Below are positions 9,901 through 18,195 of a DNA stretch of 60,342 bases, one piece after another. Source of the stretch: Pirellulales bacterium (lineage in GTDB: Bacteria; Planctomycetota; Planctomycetia; Pirellulales; UBA1268); assembly GCA_044237545.1 (NCBI GenBank), contig JBIIFB010000001.1:1-60342 (forward strand), read 5' to 3'. Below the pieces are notes generated by a model. That model did no database searches. It was not told the DNA's origin and worked only from the letters and a program-made list of their open reading frames with translations. The position numbers and the translations under genes were made by a program. Position 1 is the first letter of the stretch. Every line of letters starts with the position of its first letter.

Positions 9901-12119
9901 AGACCGTTGAGCAGTCACAGGCCGGCATGGCCGAGCGTGAAAAGGCGTTGGCTCCTCTCACCGCCAACCGGGCGAAGACAAGGCAGGCTGCCGAGGCGAT
10001 CGAAAAGAAGCTGGCGGCGGCCCGCACGGTGTTCGAGAACAATCGGCTGCCGCTCGCGGCGGCGGAGCAGGCGATCCGCGACACCGAAAAGGCGATTGCA
10101 CACGGGGCCGTCGACCACGCGCGGCTGGAGGCCGAGGCGGCGGCGGCCGCCAAGGCGTTCGAGGCGGCCAAGCTGCCGTTCTCGCTCACCCTCGACCCGG
10201 TCGTCGGCTTCGCCGCCGACTGGGCCGGCCCCGAGGCCCGCGACGCGCTGGCGAAAGGCGTCTACACGCGGTATATCCCCAACATCCTGCAGGTTCCCGA
10301 CCGGCTCATCGACTGGAGCCTGTTCGTGCGGGAACTGCAGCGGGAATACCGGGGCCGGTTCGATCGCTGGGTGTTTTGGGAAAATCCCGATCTCGACCAG
10401 GCGCCGCAGAACATTCCGCCGGAGCGGTACCGGCCGCTGCTCGAGATCTTTCATCGATGGGTGAAACTCTACAACCCGCGGTCGCGGGTGATCGCCGGCG
10501 GATTCAACTTCGACAAGGCGATCGAGTATCTGAGGAAGATTCCCGATCCGCAGACGCTGCCGTTCGACGAGATTGCGCTGCAGGTGAATCTCGGTGAACT
10601 CTCCCCAGAGACGGGCGACATGGAGGGTTTCCTCGACGATCTGGACGACCTGCTCAAGCTCCGCGAGACACGTCGGACCGTCTCGATCACGGAGCTCGAC
10701 TGGGGCATCGGGCCGCTGGTCTCGCCGGTCGAGCAGGCGGCCTACCACGCGCGGGCCGCGCTCCTGCTCCACTCGCGGGCCGCGGCGGCCCACCAGTTCC
10801 AGCTGGTCAACACCGGCTTCGCGCTCGACGGCTACGGCGTCTTCTACCGGCTCCCCTACGGCAACTCCGGCGACCTGCAGACGTTCAAGCCGTCCTACGT
10901 GCCCAAGCCCGCCTACTTCGCGCTGATGGAGACGCGGCGGTTCCTCTCGCAGTGGCAGTACGTGACGGGCGTGTCACTCGCCGACCGCAGCCTCGACGAC
11001 CAGCGGGCGTTTGTCTATCGCAACGGGCAGCAGCAGTTGGCGACGGTTATCTGGCGGGCGGTCGACGGCGAACGGATCTATACAGTGCCGCCGGCTTGGC
11101 GGGGCGCCGACATCCGCGACGCCTTCAACATTCCGGCCGACGCGACCGCCGGCCTGCGGGTGACCCCGCTGCCGCTGTTCATCACCCTGCCGGCTGGCTA
11201 CCAGCTCGACCAGTTGCTCGAAGACCTCAGGCGGCTCGCGGCGGCCGACGGCAGTCATCCGGTCTGGCTCGACCTTCATCTGGCGGCAGCCGACAGCCGC
11301 ACCCGCTGCAACTACCAGGCGCAGGGTCAACTCACGCTGGCCGACCATGGTGGCCAGTTGCCAGGCTCGCGGACGGTGCGGGAGCCGTTCGTCGCGGGCA
11401 TCCAGCAGGAGCAGTTCACCTTCGTCGCCCCGCAGGCCGGCGCGGCCCTACTGCGACGGCGGTGGCACTTCGACGGCATCGGTCAGGTGCTCCAGGTGTC
11501 GCTCAACGGCGGCGCGGAGCAGACCTGGAACCTGGGGCCCGGGCAGGACAACGCCCTCGGTGTGCGGGAGACGATGTTCGTGCTCTCCGGCTGCCGGGCG
11601 GGGGAGAACCGCGTGTCCATCCGATACGGCGCCCCGGGCAATGCGGCCGGTTATCGCGTCGAACCGTTGGCCGGCGACGAGGTGCCGCTGAGTCGCTTGG
11701 GCGCGATCAATGCACGCCAATCCCGCGGCCGGTTCTTGAACCACACGAATGCCGCCGGCGCACCGCTCTCGATCGGCAAGACGACCTATGATGACGGGAT
11801 CGGCACCCATGCCACGTCGTTCATCGAGTATCCGCTCGACGGGCTGTTCGAGCGGTTCGAGGCGACCGTCGGCATCGACGGCAGCACCGAGGGACGGGGC
11901 AGCGTCGTGTTTCGCGTCTACGTCGACGGCAAGCTGCGGGCCGACTCGGGCGTCGTCAACGGCTTCGACGCGGCCAAGACGCTCTCAGTCGACGGCCTCG
12001 ATAAGGCCGGGCGAATGATCCTGTCGGTCACCGACGCCGGTGACGGCGATCGCAACGACCTGGCGAACTGGGTGGACGGTAAACTGGTGCTGAAGACCCG
12101 CACGAAGACGGAGAAGTGA
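6915..12119 (+). CDS. Large secreted protein: signal peptide, beta-sandwich-like N-terminal part, glycosidase-like TIM barrel interrupted by an Ala/Glu/Lys-rich coiled coil, C-terminal NPCBM-like carbohydrate-binding module.
   Basis: ATG 6915 overlaps the upstream stop (ATGA). Signal-like N-terminus is MIAQMLLAVCLLATATT. WVFWENPD is a glycosidase-like motif. The C-terminus (GIGTHATSFIEYPL...VFRVYVDGKL...NDLANWVDGKLV) resembles the NPCBM module. Confidence 0.85.
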   Translation: MIAQMLLAVCLLATATTDRVDLAVAWVEGKPQAKLVVRDLPAELPEPPSVAWSVLDPQDKPLAGGVVKLARVDGTWQAAIPLDAIKDPKKTHRLELSLRDSVASLDYAARATLVGEAASVPWYAIAGEGVWPDRSVAFVVSLPGDKSAQPRDIPVALTVRDGDDAVAFQRELRLPPDADRSVHRILVTPDTAASVGPYLAELDIDSEVHGLSFRTQERFAQACAEIPLSSFERGQRGDWFTADGQPQGYRSLQYYYSGHLQDLQQRDYPRIAYDPAEKHAGRQSLRIGYESGKPAHVWSQQVLPGKPTALSIWVKGNNTTDELLVSFEDHINFSLPAWQRNANFAEAKVCTLDFEGWRRFTVPVLGAGLQATGSKGSTTDIDAPVKILAVSVRTTVAKGQQAGEPRQVWLDDLSVQTQAAENGRLSLELGSNRADGSLAKDAVMVVSLGNGRGVDLPRGRLSLAARDAEGRSVWSQTLDLPAKAGQFTSVEVPLDELAGKTMDGPLDIDATFTDASVPGARITGRQAWKFPMQAAVVHDFEHRETYSGYAAGAVTISRATVVDGGADGSKGSLALNVVPGQVDNSVLLHPALPGKLDRVELMVHGGPHPVTLQPWFIDAAATGVWLRKHNLFWAEPITVDWQGWRKVTVAAPPIPVGHAEKSRSFLFEPAYPLNLAFNAQTTGDQPVEVRFDNVRAVTHLPRDQWHRIEIEYADESRMHAPGAPLTAIVTNFASEPATFAVSFQLRQAQGFVARQGTVPLEIKAGERRHVTLIDSLAPGVYDLELAGVGSQPVRGPLAVLPAAGFFGPQPVTMLGDPLALRRQLGLTNERIYLDWDNVEPAPYVRHFTWFEMESGKRRELPVMPAELRPLAEAKEKTAAAVPAAVTTVTALQAEVGKQAAARQQAARNVEAAQKNVDAAAAELAPLAAADQTAAKAVRESEEILAKARLDHAEAVKLVAEKTAQIQRLKDTPEPPAETPPPNTLETLAAELAAAQKTVEQSQAGMAEREKALAPLTANRAKTRQAAEAIEKKLAAARTVFENNRLPLAAAEQAIRDTEKAIAHGAVDHARLEAEAAAAAKAFEAAKLPFSLTLDPVVGFAADWAGPEARDALAKGVYTRYIPNILQVPDRLIDWSLFVRELQREYRGRFDRWVFWENPDLDQAPQNIPPERYRPLLEIFHRWVKLYNPRSRVIAGGFNFDKAIEYLRKIPDPQTLPFDEIALQVNLGELSPETGDMEGFLDDLDDLLKLRETRRTVSITELDWGIGPLVSPVEQAAYHARAALLLHSRAAAAHQFQLVNTGFALDGYGVFYRLPYGNSGDLQTFKPSYVPKPAYFALMETRRFLSQWQYVTGVSLADRSLDDQRAFVYRNGQQQLATVIWRAVDGERIYTVPPAWRGADIRDAFNIPADATAGLRVTPLPLFITLPAGYQLDQLLEDLRRLAAADGSHPVWLDLHLAAADSRTRCNYQAQGQLTLADHGGQLPGSRTVREPFVAGIQQEQFTFVAPQAGAALLRRRWHFDGIGQVLQVSLNGGAEQTWNLGPGQDNALGVRETMFVLSGCRAGENRVSIRYGAPGNAAGYRVEPLAGDEVPLSRLGAINARQSRGRFLNHTNAAGAPLSIGKTTYDDGIGTHATSFIEYPLDGLFERFEATVGIDGSTEGRGSVVFRVYVDGKLRADSGVVNGFDAAKTLSVDGLDKAGRMILSVTDAGDGDRNDLANWVDGKLVLKTRTKTEK

Positions 12120-12120
12120 C

Positions 12121-12978
12121 ATGCGCTACAATCCGACGGTCGGCCAGATGGGGCTCGTGCTGCTCGCAGCGGTGCTGGTGCCGGTGCTCGGCCCACCGCT
12201 GGGCCTGTCACCCCGGCCGGCCGCCGCGCAGGAAAACTGGCTCGACAAGGCGGCCAACCAGACGATCGCCACGTTCGACGGCACAGGCACGGGCGGCCAG
12301 GAAGAATCGACCCAGGATCGGCGCGGCAAGGTGATCGTGCGGCGGATCAAGCCGCAGGCGAAGAGCGACTGGAATACCGACCCTACCGCCCTGCCCTACT
12401 TCTTCTACCAGATCCGCGAGCGGACCCAGGGCCGCTTCCCGGTTTATCTCGACAACGAGGGGATCGAGCTGACCGGCGACGAGATCTTCGAGCACCCGAT
12501 CATCTACTTCACCAGCCACTTTCCGTTTCTGTTCGGCGATGATGAGCGGGACAACCTCAAGAAATTCCTGGCCCGCGGGGGCACGCTGCTGCTGGACGAC
12601 TGCACGGGCTCCGGCCCATTTGTCGACGCGGTACCGGTGAACGTGCAGCGGATCATCCCCGGAGCCGAGCTCAAGCTGATGCTCAAGGACACAAAGGAAT
12701 TCGGAGGTTTGTTCGACCTCGTCTACAAGCTCGAGGGCATGCCGGATCTGAAGGAGCAGTTCATGCAGCCCTTCCAGGCGGCGCTGCTCAACGGGCGGCC
12801 GGCGATCTTGGTCTGCCCCAACGACTACGGCTGCTACTGGGAGGTGTCGTCGCCGCCGACGGCGCTCAACCCGCTGGGCAACGCGGCCCACAGCGAGACG
12901 AGCCCCACGGTGCAGAAGGGCCGCGAGGAGGTCTACCAGCTCAGCATCAACTGGCTCTTCTACGCCCTGACCCACTGA
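12121..12978 (+). CDS. DUF4159 domain-containing protein
   Basis: ATG lies 1 nt after the upstream TGA. It has an N-terminal signal/TM segment. The segment FEHPIIYFTSHFPFLFGDDERDNLKKFLARGGTLLLDDC matches my memory of the DUF4159 signature. Confidence 0.82.
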   Translation: MRYNPTVGQMGLVLLAAVLVPVLGPPLGLSPRPAAAQENWLDKAANQTIATFDGTGTGGQEESTQDRRGKVIVRRIKPQAKSDWNTDPTALPYFFYQIRERTQGRFPVYLDNEGIELTGDEIFEHPIIYFTSHFPFLFGDDERDNLKKFLARGGTLLLDDCTGSGPFVDAVPVNVQRIIPGAELKLMLKDTKEFGGLFDLVYKLEGMPDLKEQFMQPFQAALLNGRPAILVCPNDYGCYWEVSSPPTALNPLGNAAHSETSPTVQKGREEVYQLSINWLFYALTH

Positions 12979-13925
12979 CGCGCCCGGTGGGGCTTTTGGG
13001 CGAAGGTGCTGCGCGGTTATCAGGGCGCGGGATACAGATTGGCGGTCGGGACACGGGCTCGCTCTCGAGCCGGGTGTTGGCGAAGGAGGCGGCCGAAAGC
13101 CCCGTGCCGGTGGACGCCGCATGCGGCGGCGGATCCTCGAGCGTGATCGAGCCCTGCTGCCGCTCCCGGTTTTTCCAGCCCGTCACGCGATAGACAGCCG
13201 TGGCGCTCTCCCCATTCGCCATCCAGATCACGTCGCCATCCGGCCGAGGCACGATCGAGCCGCCGACCCATACGGGAGCCTTCGCGCCGGCCGCCGCGCG
13301 ATTCGGCAGGCACACCCACGGCGTACCGGTTCCGCTCTGGCCGACATACAGATTCCACGAGTCGTCCACGGAGCAGTTGCCTTCGGCCTGGGAGACCGGT
13401 TTGCCCGCGAGGCAAAACTCCTCCGACTGAAACTCGCCATCGCCGTTGAGATCCGACCAGGTGTAGGCCCCGGTGAGCTTCGCGGGATCCAGCCCCTGGG
13501 CGGCGACGGCCTCCATCCATGGCTTGGGCTTGTTTCTTGTTGCCCACGGCTTCGGCGATCGCCCAGGGCACGAGCCGATTCCTTGCTTCGTCGAGCCGCA
13601 GGATGACGCCGCCGTCATTGACGAGATAGGTGACGCCCTCCCGCGTGCGGGCATGCCAGTGCTTGAGCGGATTGTGCGTGGGAAACAACCCGTCGCCAAA
13701 CGGCTGGAGCGTGTAGCAGGCGATCGGCTCCCACGAGCGGTTGTCGAAATTCATCCGTGCCACGCCCAGGCAGGCACCGCCCGCCTCATACCAGATCTCG
13801 TTTGGCTTTTCCGTCGTCGCACTCGCGCTATTGAAGAAGGGCGACCCGCCGAACCATTGACCGAGCAGCTTGCCCTCGCGGTCGAATTCGGCAGTGCGGC
13901 GCAGCGACGCGTGCCCCTCGCTCAT
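12947..13925 (-). pseudogene. Frameshifted, N-terminally truncated gene remnant (hypothetical secreted/propeller-like protein with a DLNGDGEF Ca-binding-like loop)
   Basis: Two overlapping minus-strand ORFs each look coding over only part of their length. The 13020..14126 frame is convincing from MSEGHASL (13925) down to ...AIAEAVGNKK (~13530). The 12947..13699 frame is convincing from KPKPWMEAVAAQGLDP downward. The switch needs a 1-nt shift in aacaagaaacaagccc (~13520-13535). Confidence 0.45.
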
Positions 13926-13953
13926 CAGGAAGCCGCCGTGCTGCGTCCCCTTT

Positions 13954-14433
13954 TCAGTCCCCCAGCGGCGTCCAGCGGTCGAAGGTAGCGGCCTGGCCGC
14001 GGTGCATGCCTGCACTATCGACCAAGTTCCAGATGATCGCCTGCTCGATCCGGAATCGCCGGCCTGACTGCGAGATGCGGATGCCCGCATAGTCGTCGAC
14101 GTAGCCGTCGCGGCGGGTTCGCTCAAGCAGCCGGGCCCGTTCGTCGCGATGTATCGGCTCGGCCGTGAGCCGTGAGGGGGTCTGCACGAACGTGGCCCAG
14201 TTCATCTCCCAAAGCGCGAGCGCCGTGGCGTTGCCGTAGTTGAGGACCGGGTCGGCCTCCGTGCCGTGCGAGACGACGACGAACGGCGCCTCGAAGATTC
14301 TCCGGGCCTGATCGGCCGGAGAAGCATCGCGGGGAACAAGACCGCGGCCGAGCAGCCGCGCGAACGAGTCGAGCAGCACCTGAACGTGGTTGATCTGATC
14401 GGGGCAAGACCAGGGCGTGTCGGCGTGTGTCAT
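13954..14433 (-). CDS. MEKHLA (PAS-like) domain-containing protein
   Basis: FVVVSHGTEADPVLNYGNATALALWEMNWATFVQTPSRLTAEPIHRDERARLLERTRRDGYVDDYAGIRISQSGRRFRIEQAIIWNL is a typical bacterial MEKHLA sequence. ATG 14433 overlaps the SDR stop (ATGA). Confidence 0.8.
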   Translation of the reverse strand: MTHADTPWSCPDQINHVQVLLDSFARLLGRGLVPRDASPADQARRIFEAPFVVVSHGTEADPVLNYGNATALALWEMNWATFVQTPSRLTAEPIHRDERARLLERTRRDGYVDDYAGIRISQSGRRFRIEQAIIWNLVDSAGMHRGQAATFDRWTPLGD

Positions 14434-15338
14434 TGGTCGACCACCCGGGCCAGGATCCTGCGGCCCCACTCCGGAAACCACTCGATGAGGCCCGCCAAGA
14501 GCCGCGCCTTCCCGGGCACGACGAGCTCGCTTCGCCGACTCGCGCAGGCCGCGAACACCTGCGCGGCCAGCCGGTCGGGATCGAGTTGCCTGAGTGCCCC
14601 GGTGCCGCCCGGGCGGACCGCCTCGGCGGGCAGTCCGGCACTCGCAACGTCGGCAGCGTAGCGGTCGGCCGCATCGGCCGACCGGGGGTCGTCGTCGTCG
14701 CGACGGATCGGCCCCGGCGAGACCAGCAGCACATGCACGCCGCGTGGTGCCATCTCCAGCCGCACCGCGTCGACGTAGGCCGCCAGCGCCGACTTCGCGA
14801 CGCAGTAGGAACCCATGAAGGGCGTGACGAGCTTGCCTGCCAGGCTGCCGACATACACCATGTGGCCGCCGGCCGCCGCCACGTCATCGGCCACGGCCTG
14901 CGTGATCTCGACGGCGGTCGAAACGTTGGCGTCAAAAGAGTCACGGAGAGCCTCGACGCCCGTCTTCAGGATCGCCCCCCTGCCCGACCGGCCCACGCAG
15001 AAAAAGAGATCGTCGACGCCGCCAAGGATCCGCAACGCCTCCCCGACCACCCGGCCTCCTTCGCCAGACCGGGCCAAATCTGCCGTGATACCCCGCACCC
15101 GGCTGTCGCGCCGGGAGAAAAGGGGACGCAGCTCTTTTCGGGAGGGACAGGGGGAGAAAAGAGCTGCGTCCCCTTTTCTCTCGCAGGCGGCGAGGCCCTG
15201 CCGAACGCCCTCGCTCGAGCGGCCCACGATCAGCACGCGGGCTCCCGCGGCGTCGAGCTGCTTCGCCAACGCCAGTCCGAAGCCGGCCGTGCCGCCCGCC
15301 ACGATCACCTTCCGGTCATGCCACATGCGTGTCGTCAT
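14430..15338 (-). CDS. SDR family oxidoreductase carrying a 22-codon palindromic insertion
   Basis: It has a Rossmann motif (VAGGTAGFG) and a catalytic YCVAK (YxxxK). The start is taken at MTTRMWHDRK (15338) because the longer ORF start would overlap pyk. Confidence 0.85.
   Translation of the reverse strand: MTTRMWHDRKVIVAGGTAGFGLALAKQLDAAGARVLIVGRSSEGVRQGLAACERKGDAALFSPCPSRKELRPLFSRRDSRVRGITADLARSGEGGRVVGEALRILGGVDDLFFCVGRSGRGAILKTGVEALRDSFDANVSTAVEITQAVADDVAAAGGHMVYVGSLAGKLVTPFMGSYCVAKSALAAYVDAVRLEMAPRGVHVLLVSPGPIRRDDDDPRSADAADRYAADVASAGLPAEAVRPGGTGALRQLDPDRLAAQVFAACASRRSELVVPGKARLLAGLIEWFPEWGRRILARVVDQ
15115..15180. repeat. Perfect inverted repeat: 25-bp arms, 16-nt loop, 66 bp total, lying in frame inside the SDR CDS
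   Basis: GAGAAAAGGGGACGCAGCTCTTTTC (15115-15139) is the exact reverse complement of GAAAAGAGCTGCGTCCCCTTTTCTC (15156-15180). Confidence 0.95.
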
Positions 15339-15430
15339 CGGCCGGAGTCTAACGCAAATCGGTCGGCTTGCAGTATTCTTCGGGCCCCGCCCCCACCCCG
15401 TCCGCCCCACCCCGCCCGAGGACGCCAGCC

Positions 15431-16933
15431 ATGTCACTTGCCACGCCGATCCCCTCCGCGATCGTCCGCACCAAGATCGTCGCCACAGTCGGTCCCGCCT
15501 GCCGCGCCGAGGCCGGTCTTCGCAGCCTGGTCGATGCGGGCGTCGATGTGTTCCGCCTGAATATGGCCCACGGCTCGATGCCGGAACATCAGGAAACGCT
15601 CGACCGGGTGCGACGGGTGGCGGAGGCCGTCGGGCGTCCGATTGGCGTGCTCGTCGATCTGGCCGGGCCGAAGATCCGGCTGGGGGAGATTCCCGGTGGC
15701 GCGGTGGAATGCGCCGAGGGGGCGGTCTTCAAGTTCATCCGTGGCACCGAGAGCGGGCAGCCGGATGAGTTCACGACCACCTACGAACGGCTCATCGACG
15801 AACTGGCCGTGGGCGATGCGGTGATGCTCGCCGATGGCACGATCAGCCTGGTGGTTGAAACACGTTCCGCGAACGAGGCCCGCTGCCGGGTCGTGCAGGG
15901 CGGGCTGCTTCGCAGCCGTCAGGGGGTGAACCTGCCGGGCGTGAAACTCTCGGTGGCCGCCATGAGCGCCGCCGACTGGCAGCACGCCGAATGGGCCGCC
16001 TCCGCCGGGGCCGACTTTGTGAGCCTCTCGTTTGTGCGAAGCGCGGTGGAGGTCAAGCTGCTCAAGGAACTGCTACGGACCCGCGGTTCGAAGGCCCGTG
16101 TCGTCGCCAAGATCGAGAAGCGGGAGGCGATCGACAACCTCGATTCGATCGTGGAGGCGGCCGACGCCGTGATGGTGGCCCGTGGCGACCTCGGCGTGGA
16201 GATCGACGTGGCCAGCATGCCGATGATGCAGAAGCAGATCATCCGCGCCTGCCAGCGGTATCAGAAGCCGGTGATCGTGGCGACGCAGATGCTCGACAGC
16301 ATGCAGCACTCCCGGCGGCCCACGCGGGCGGAGACGACCGACGTGGCCAACGCGATCCTCGACGGCGCCGACGCCTGCATGCTCTCCGGCGAAACGGCGA
16401 TCGGCGAGCATCCGCGGCTCGTGGTGGAGATGATGCGCCGGATCGCCAGCGCCACGGAGAAGCAGTATTTGCAGGACCGCAGGCAGTTTCTCGTGGATTC
16501 CCTCGGCAAGAGCCGGGCGGCGGTCTCGGCGGGCGAATTTCTGCCGCAGCCGGAGTTTCTCTTTGAAGGCCTGCACCCGATTACTCAGGCCGTGGTCGAC
16601 GGCGCCAGCCGGATTGCCGCGGAGCTCGACGCGAAGCTCGTGGTCGTGGCCAGCAAAAGCGGCGTGACGGCGATTGCCCGGTCGAAGCGGCGTGGGGCGG
16701 TGCCCACCGTCGGCGTCAGCGACGACCCGGCCACGCTCCGGCAGATGTCGCTCTACTGGGGCGTCACCCCGCTGGCCGCGGTCGAGGGGGGGGACATCAA
16801 CACGCTTCTGGAGCATGTCAGCTCCTGGGGCCTTCGCGAGGGGCGGCTTCAGCGTGGCGACCGGATTCTGCTGGTGGCGGGTATCGGATTTGGCACCGGC
16901 GGGCACAATATGGCCCTCGTCCACGAGGTGTGA
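15431..16933 (+). CDS. pyk: Pyruvate kinase
   Basis: RTKIVATVGPA...VDVFRLNMAHG...DLAGPKIRLG...MVARGDLGVEI...ATQMLDSM are canonical pyruvate kinase motifs. ATG is at 15431 (MSLATP). Confidence 0.95.
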   Translation: MSLATPIPSAIVRTKIVATVGPACRAEAGLRSLVDAGVDVFRLNMAHGSMPEHQETLDRVRRVAEAVGRPIGVLVDLAGPKIRLGEIPGGAVECAEGAVFKFIRGTESGQPDEFTTTYERLIDELAVGDAVMLADGTISLVVETRSANEARCRVVQGGLLRSRQGVNLPGVKLSVAAMSAADWQHAEWAASAGADFVSLSFVRSAVEVKLLKELLRTRGSKARVVAKIEKREAIDNLDSIVEAADAVMVARGDLGVEIDVASMPMMQKQIIRACQRYQKPVIVATQMLDSMQHSRRPTRAETTDVANAILDGADACMLSGETAIGEHPRLVVEMMRRIASATEKQYLQDRRQFLVDSLGKSRAAVSAGEFLPQPEFLFEGLHPITQAVVDGASRIAAELDAKLVVVASKSGVTAIARSKRRGAVPTVGVSDDPATLRQMSLYWGVTPLAAVEGGDINTLLEHVSSWGLREGRLQRGDRILLVAGIGFGTGGHNMALVHEV

Positions 16934-16962
16934 GGAATCAAAAGAGTCATCAGGAGAAGACG

Positions 16963-18180
16963 ATGAAGAAGAAGTGCGTGCTGGCATATTCAGGTGGTCT
17001 CGACACCTCCGTGATCCTCGGCTGGCTCATCGAGCAGGGCTACGAGGTGATCGCGGTCTACGTCGATCTCGGCCAGCCCTGCGAGGATCGGGAGGCCACG
17101 CTCGCCAAGGCGCGAACCTGCGGCGCCGCGAAGGCGATGATTGTCGATGTCCGCGAGGAACTCTGCCGCGACTTCGCTTTTCCTGTCATGCAGTGGCAGG
17201 CCCGCTACGAGGGCACCTATCTGCTCGGCACCTCGATCGCCCGGCCCCTGATCAGCAAGGTCTGCGTGGAGATCGCGCATGCGGAGGGGGCCACCGTCTA
17301 TGCCCACGGCGCCACCGGCAAGGGCAATGACCAGTGCCGCTTCCAGCTCGCCGCCGAGGCGATCGATCCGACAATTCATGTGCTCGCGCCGTGGCGGATC
17401 GCGGAGTTCCGGGCCAGGTTCCCCGGCCGAAAGGAGCTCATCGAGTTCTGCGAGGAAAAAAACATCCCCGTGAAGGCGTCGAAGGGAAAGCCCTACAGCT
17501 CCGACGAAAACTGCCTGCACACCAGCTACGAGGCCGGCCTGCTCGAAGAACTCACGACCGACGGCTTCGCGCTCGTCGACTTCGGCATGACCGTCTCGCC
17601 GCAGGCGGCCCCCGACACGCCCGAGACGGTGCGGCTCGACTTCGAGGCGGGCGTGCCCGTACGGTTGAACGGCCGGCCGCTCAAGGCCCACGACATGGTG
17701 CTGGCCCTCAACGAGATCGGCGGCCGCCACGGCATCGGACGGACCGACATCGTGGAGAACCGGCTCGTCGGCATGAAGAGCCGTGGCGTCTATGAGGCGC
17801 CGGGCATGACGCTGCTCTACGAGGCCCACCGGCTCGTCGAGCAGATGACGCTCGACCGCGACCTCGTGCATCTCCGCGACCGGCTGTCTCCCGAGGTGGC
17901 GGAGATGGTGTACTACGGCTTCTGGTATGTGGCGAAGATGGACGCCCTGATGGCGTTCATTCGCGAGACACAGAAGCCTGTCACGGGCACCGTCGAGCTC
18001 AACCTCTATAAGGGCAACATGCTTGTGAAGAGCCGGGAGAGCAGCCAGAGCCTCTACGACGCGGCGATCGCGTCGATGGAGGGGGGCGGCTCCTCGTATG
18101 ATCAGACAGATGCCGAGGGCTTCCTGCGGATTCTCGGTTTACCGTCGCGGGTGCAGGGGCACGTCCGGCCGCGGGGATAG
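16963..18180 (+). CDS. argG: Argininosuccinate synthase
   Basis: MKKKCVLAYSGGLDTSV...ATGKGNDQCRF...ENRLVGMKSRGVYE. A GGAG lies about 8 nt upstream of ATG 16963. Confidence 0.95.
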   Translation: MKKKCVLAYSGGLDTSVILGWLIEQGYEVIAVYVDLGQPCEDREATLAKARTCGAAKAMIVDVREELCRDFAFPVMQWQARYEGTYLLGTSIARPLISKVCVEIAHAEGATVYAHGATGKGNDQCRFQLAAEAIDPTIHVLAPWRIAEFRARFPGRKELIEFCEEKNIPVKASKGKPYSSDENCLHTSYEAGLLEELTTDGFALVDFGMTVSPQAAPDTPETVRLDFEAGVPVRLNGRPLKAHDMVLALNEIGGRHGIGRTDIVENRLVGMKSRGVYEAPGMTLLYEAHRLVEQMTLDRDLVHLRDRLSPEVAEMVYYGFWYVAKMDALMAFIRETQKPVTGTVELNLYKGNMLVKSRESSQSLYDAAIASMEGGGSSYDQTDAEGFLRILGLPSRVQGHVRPRG

Positions 18181-18195
18181 GTTTATCCCGTTCCC

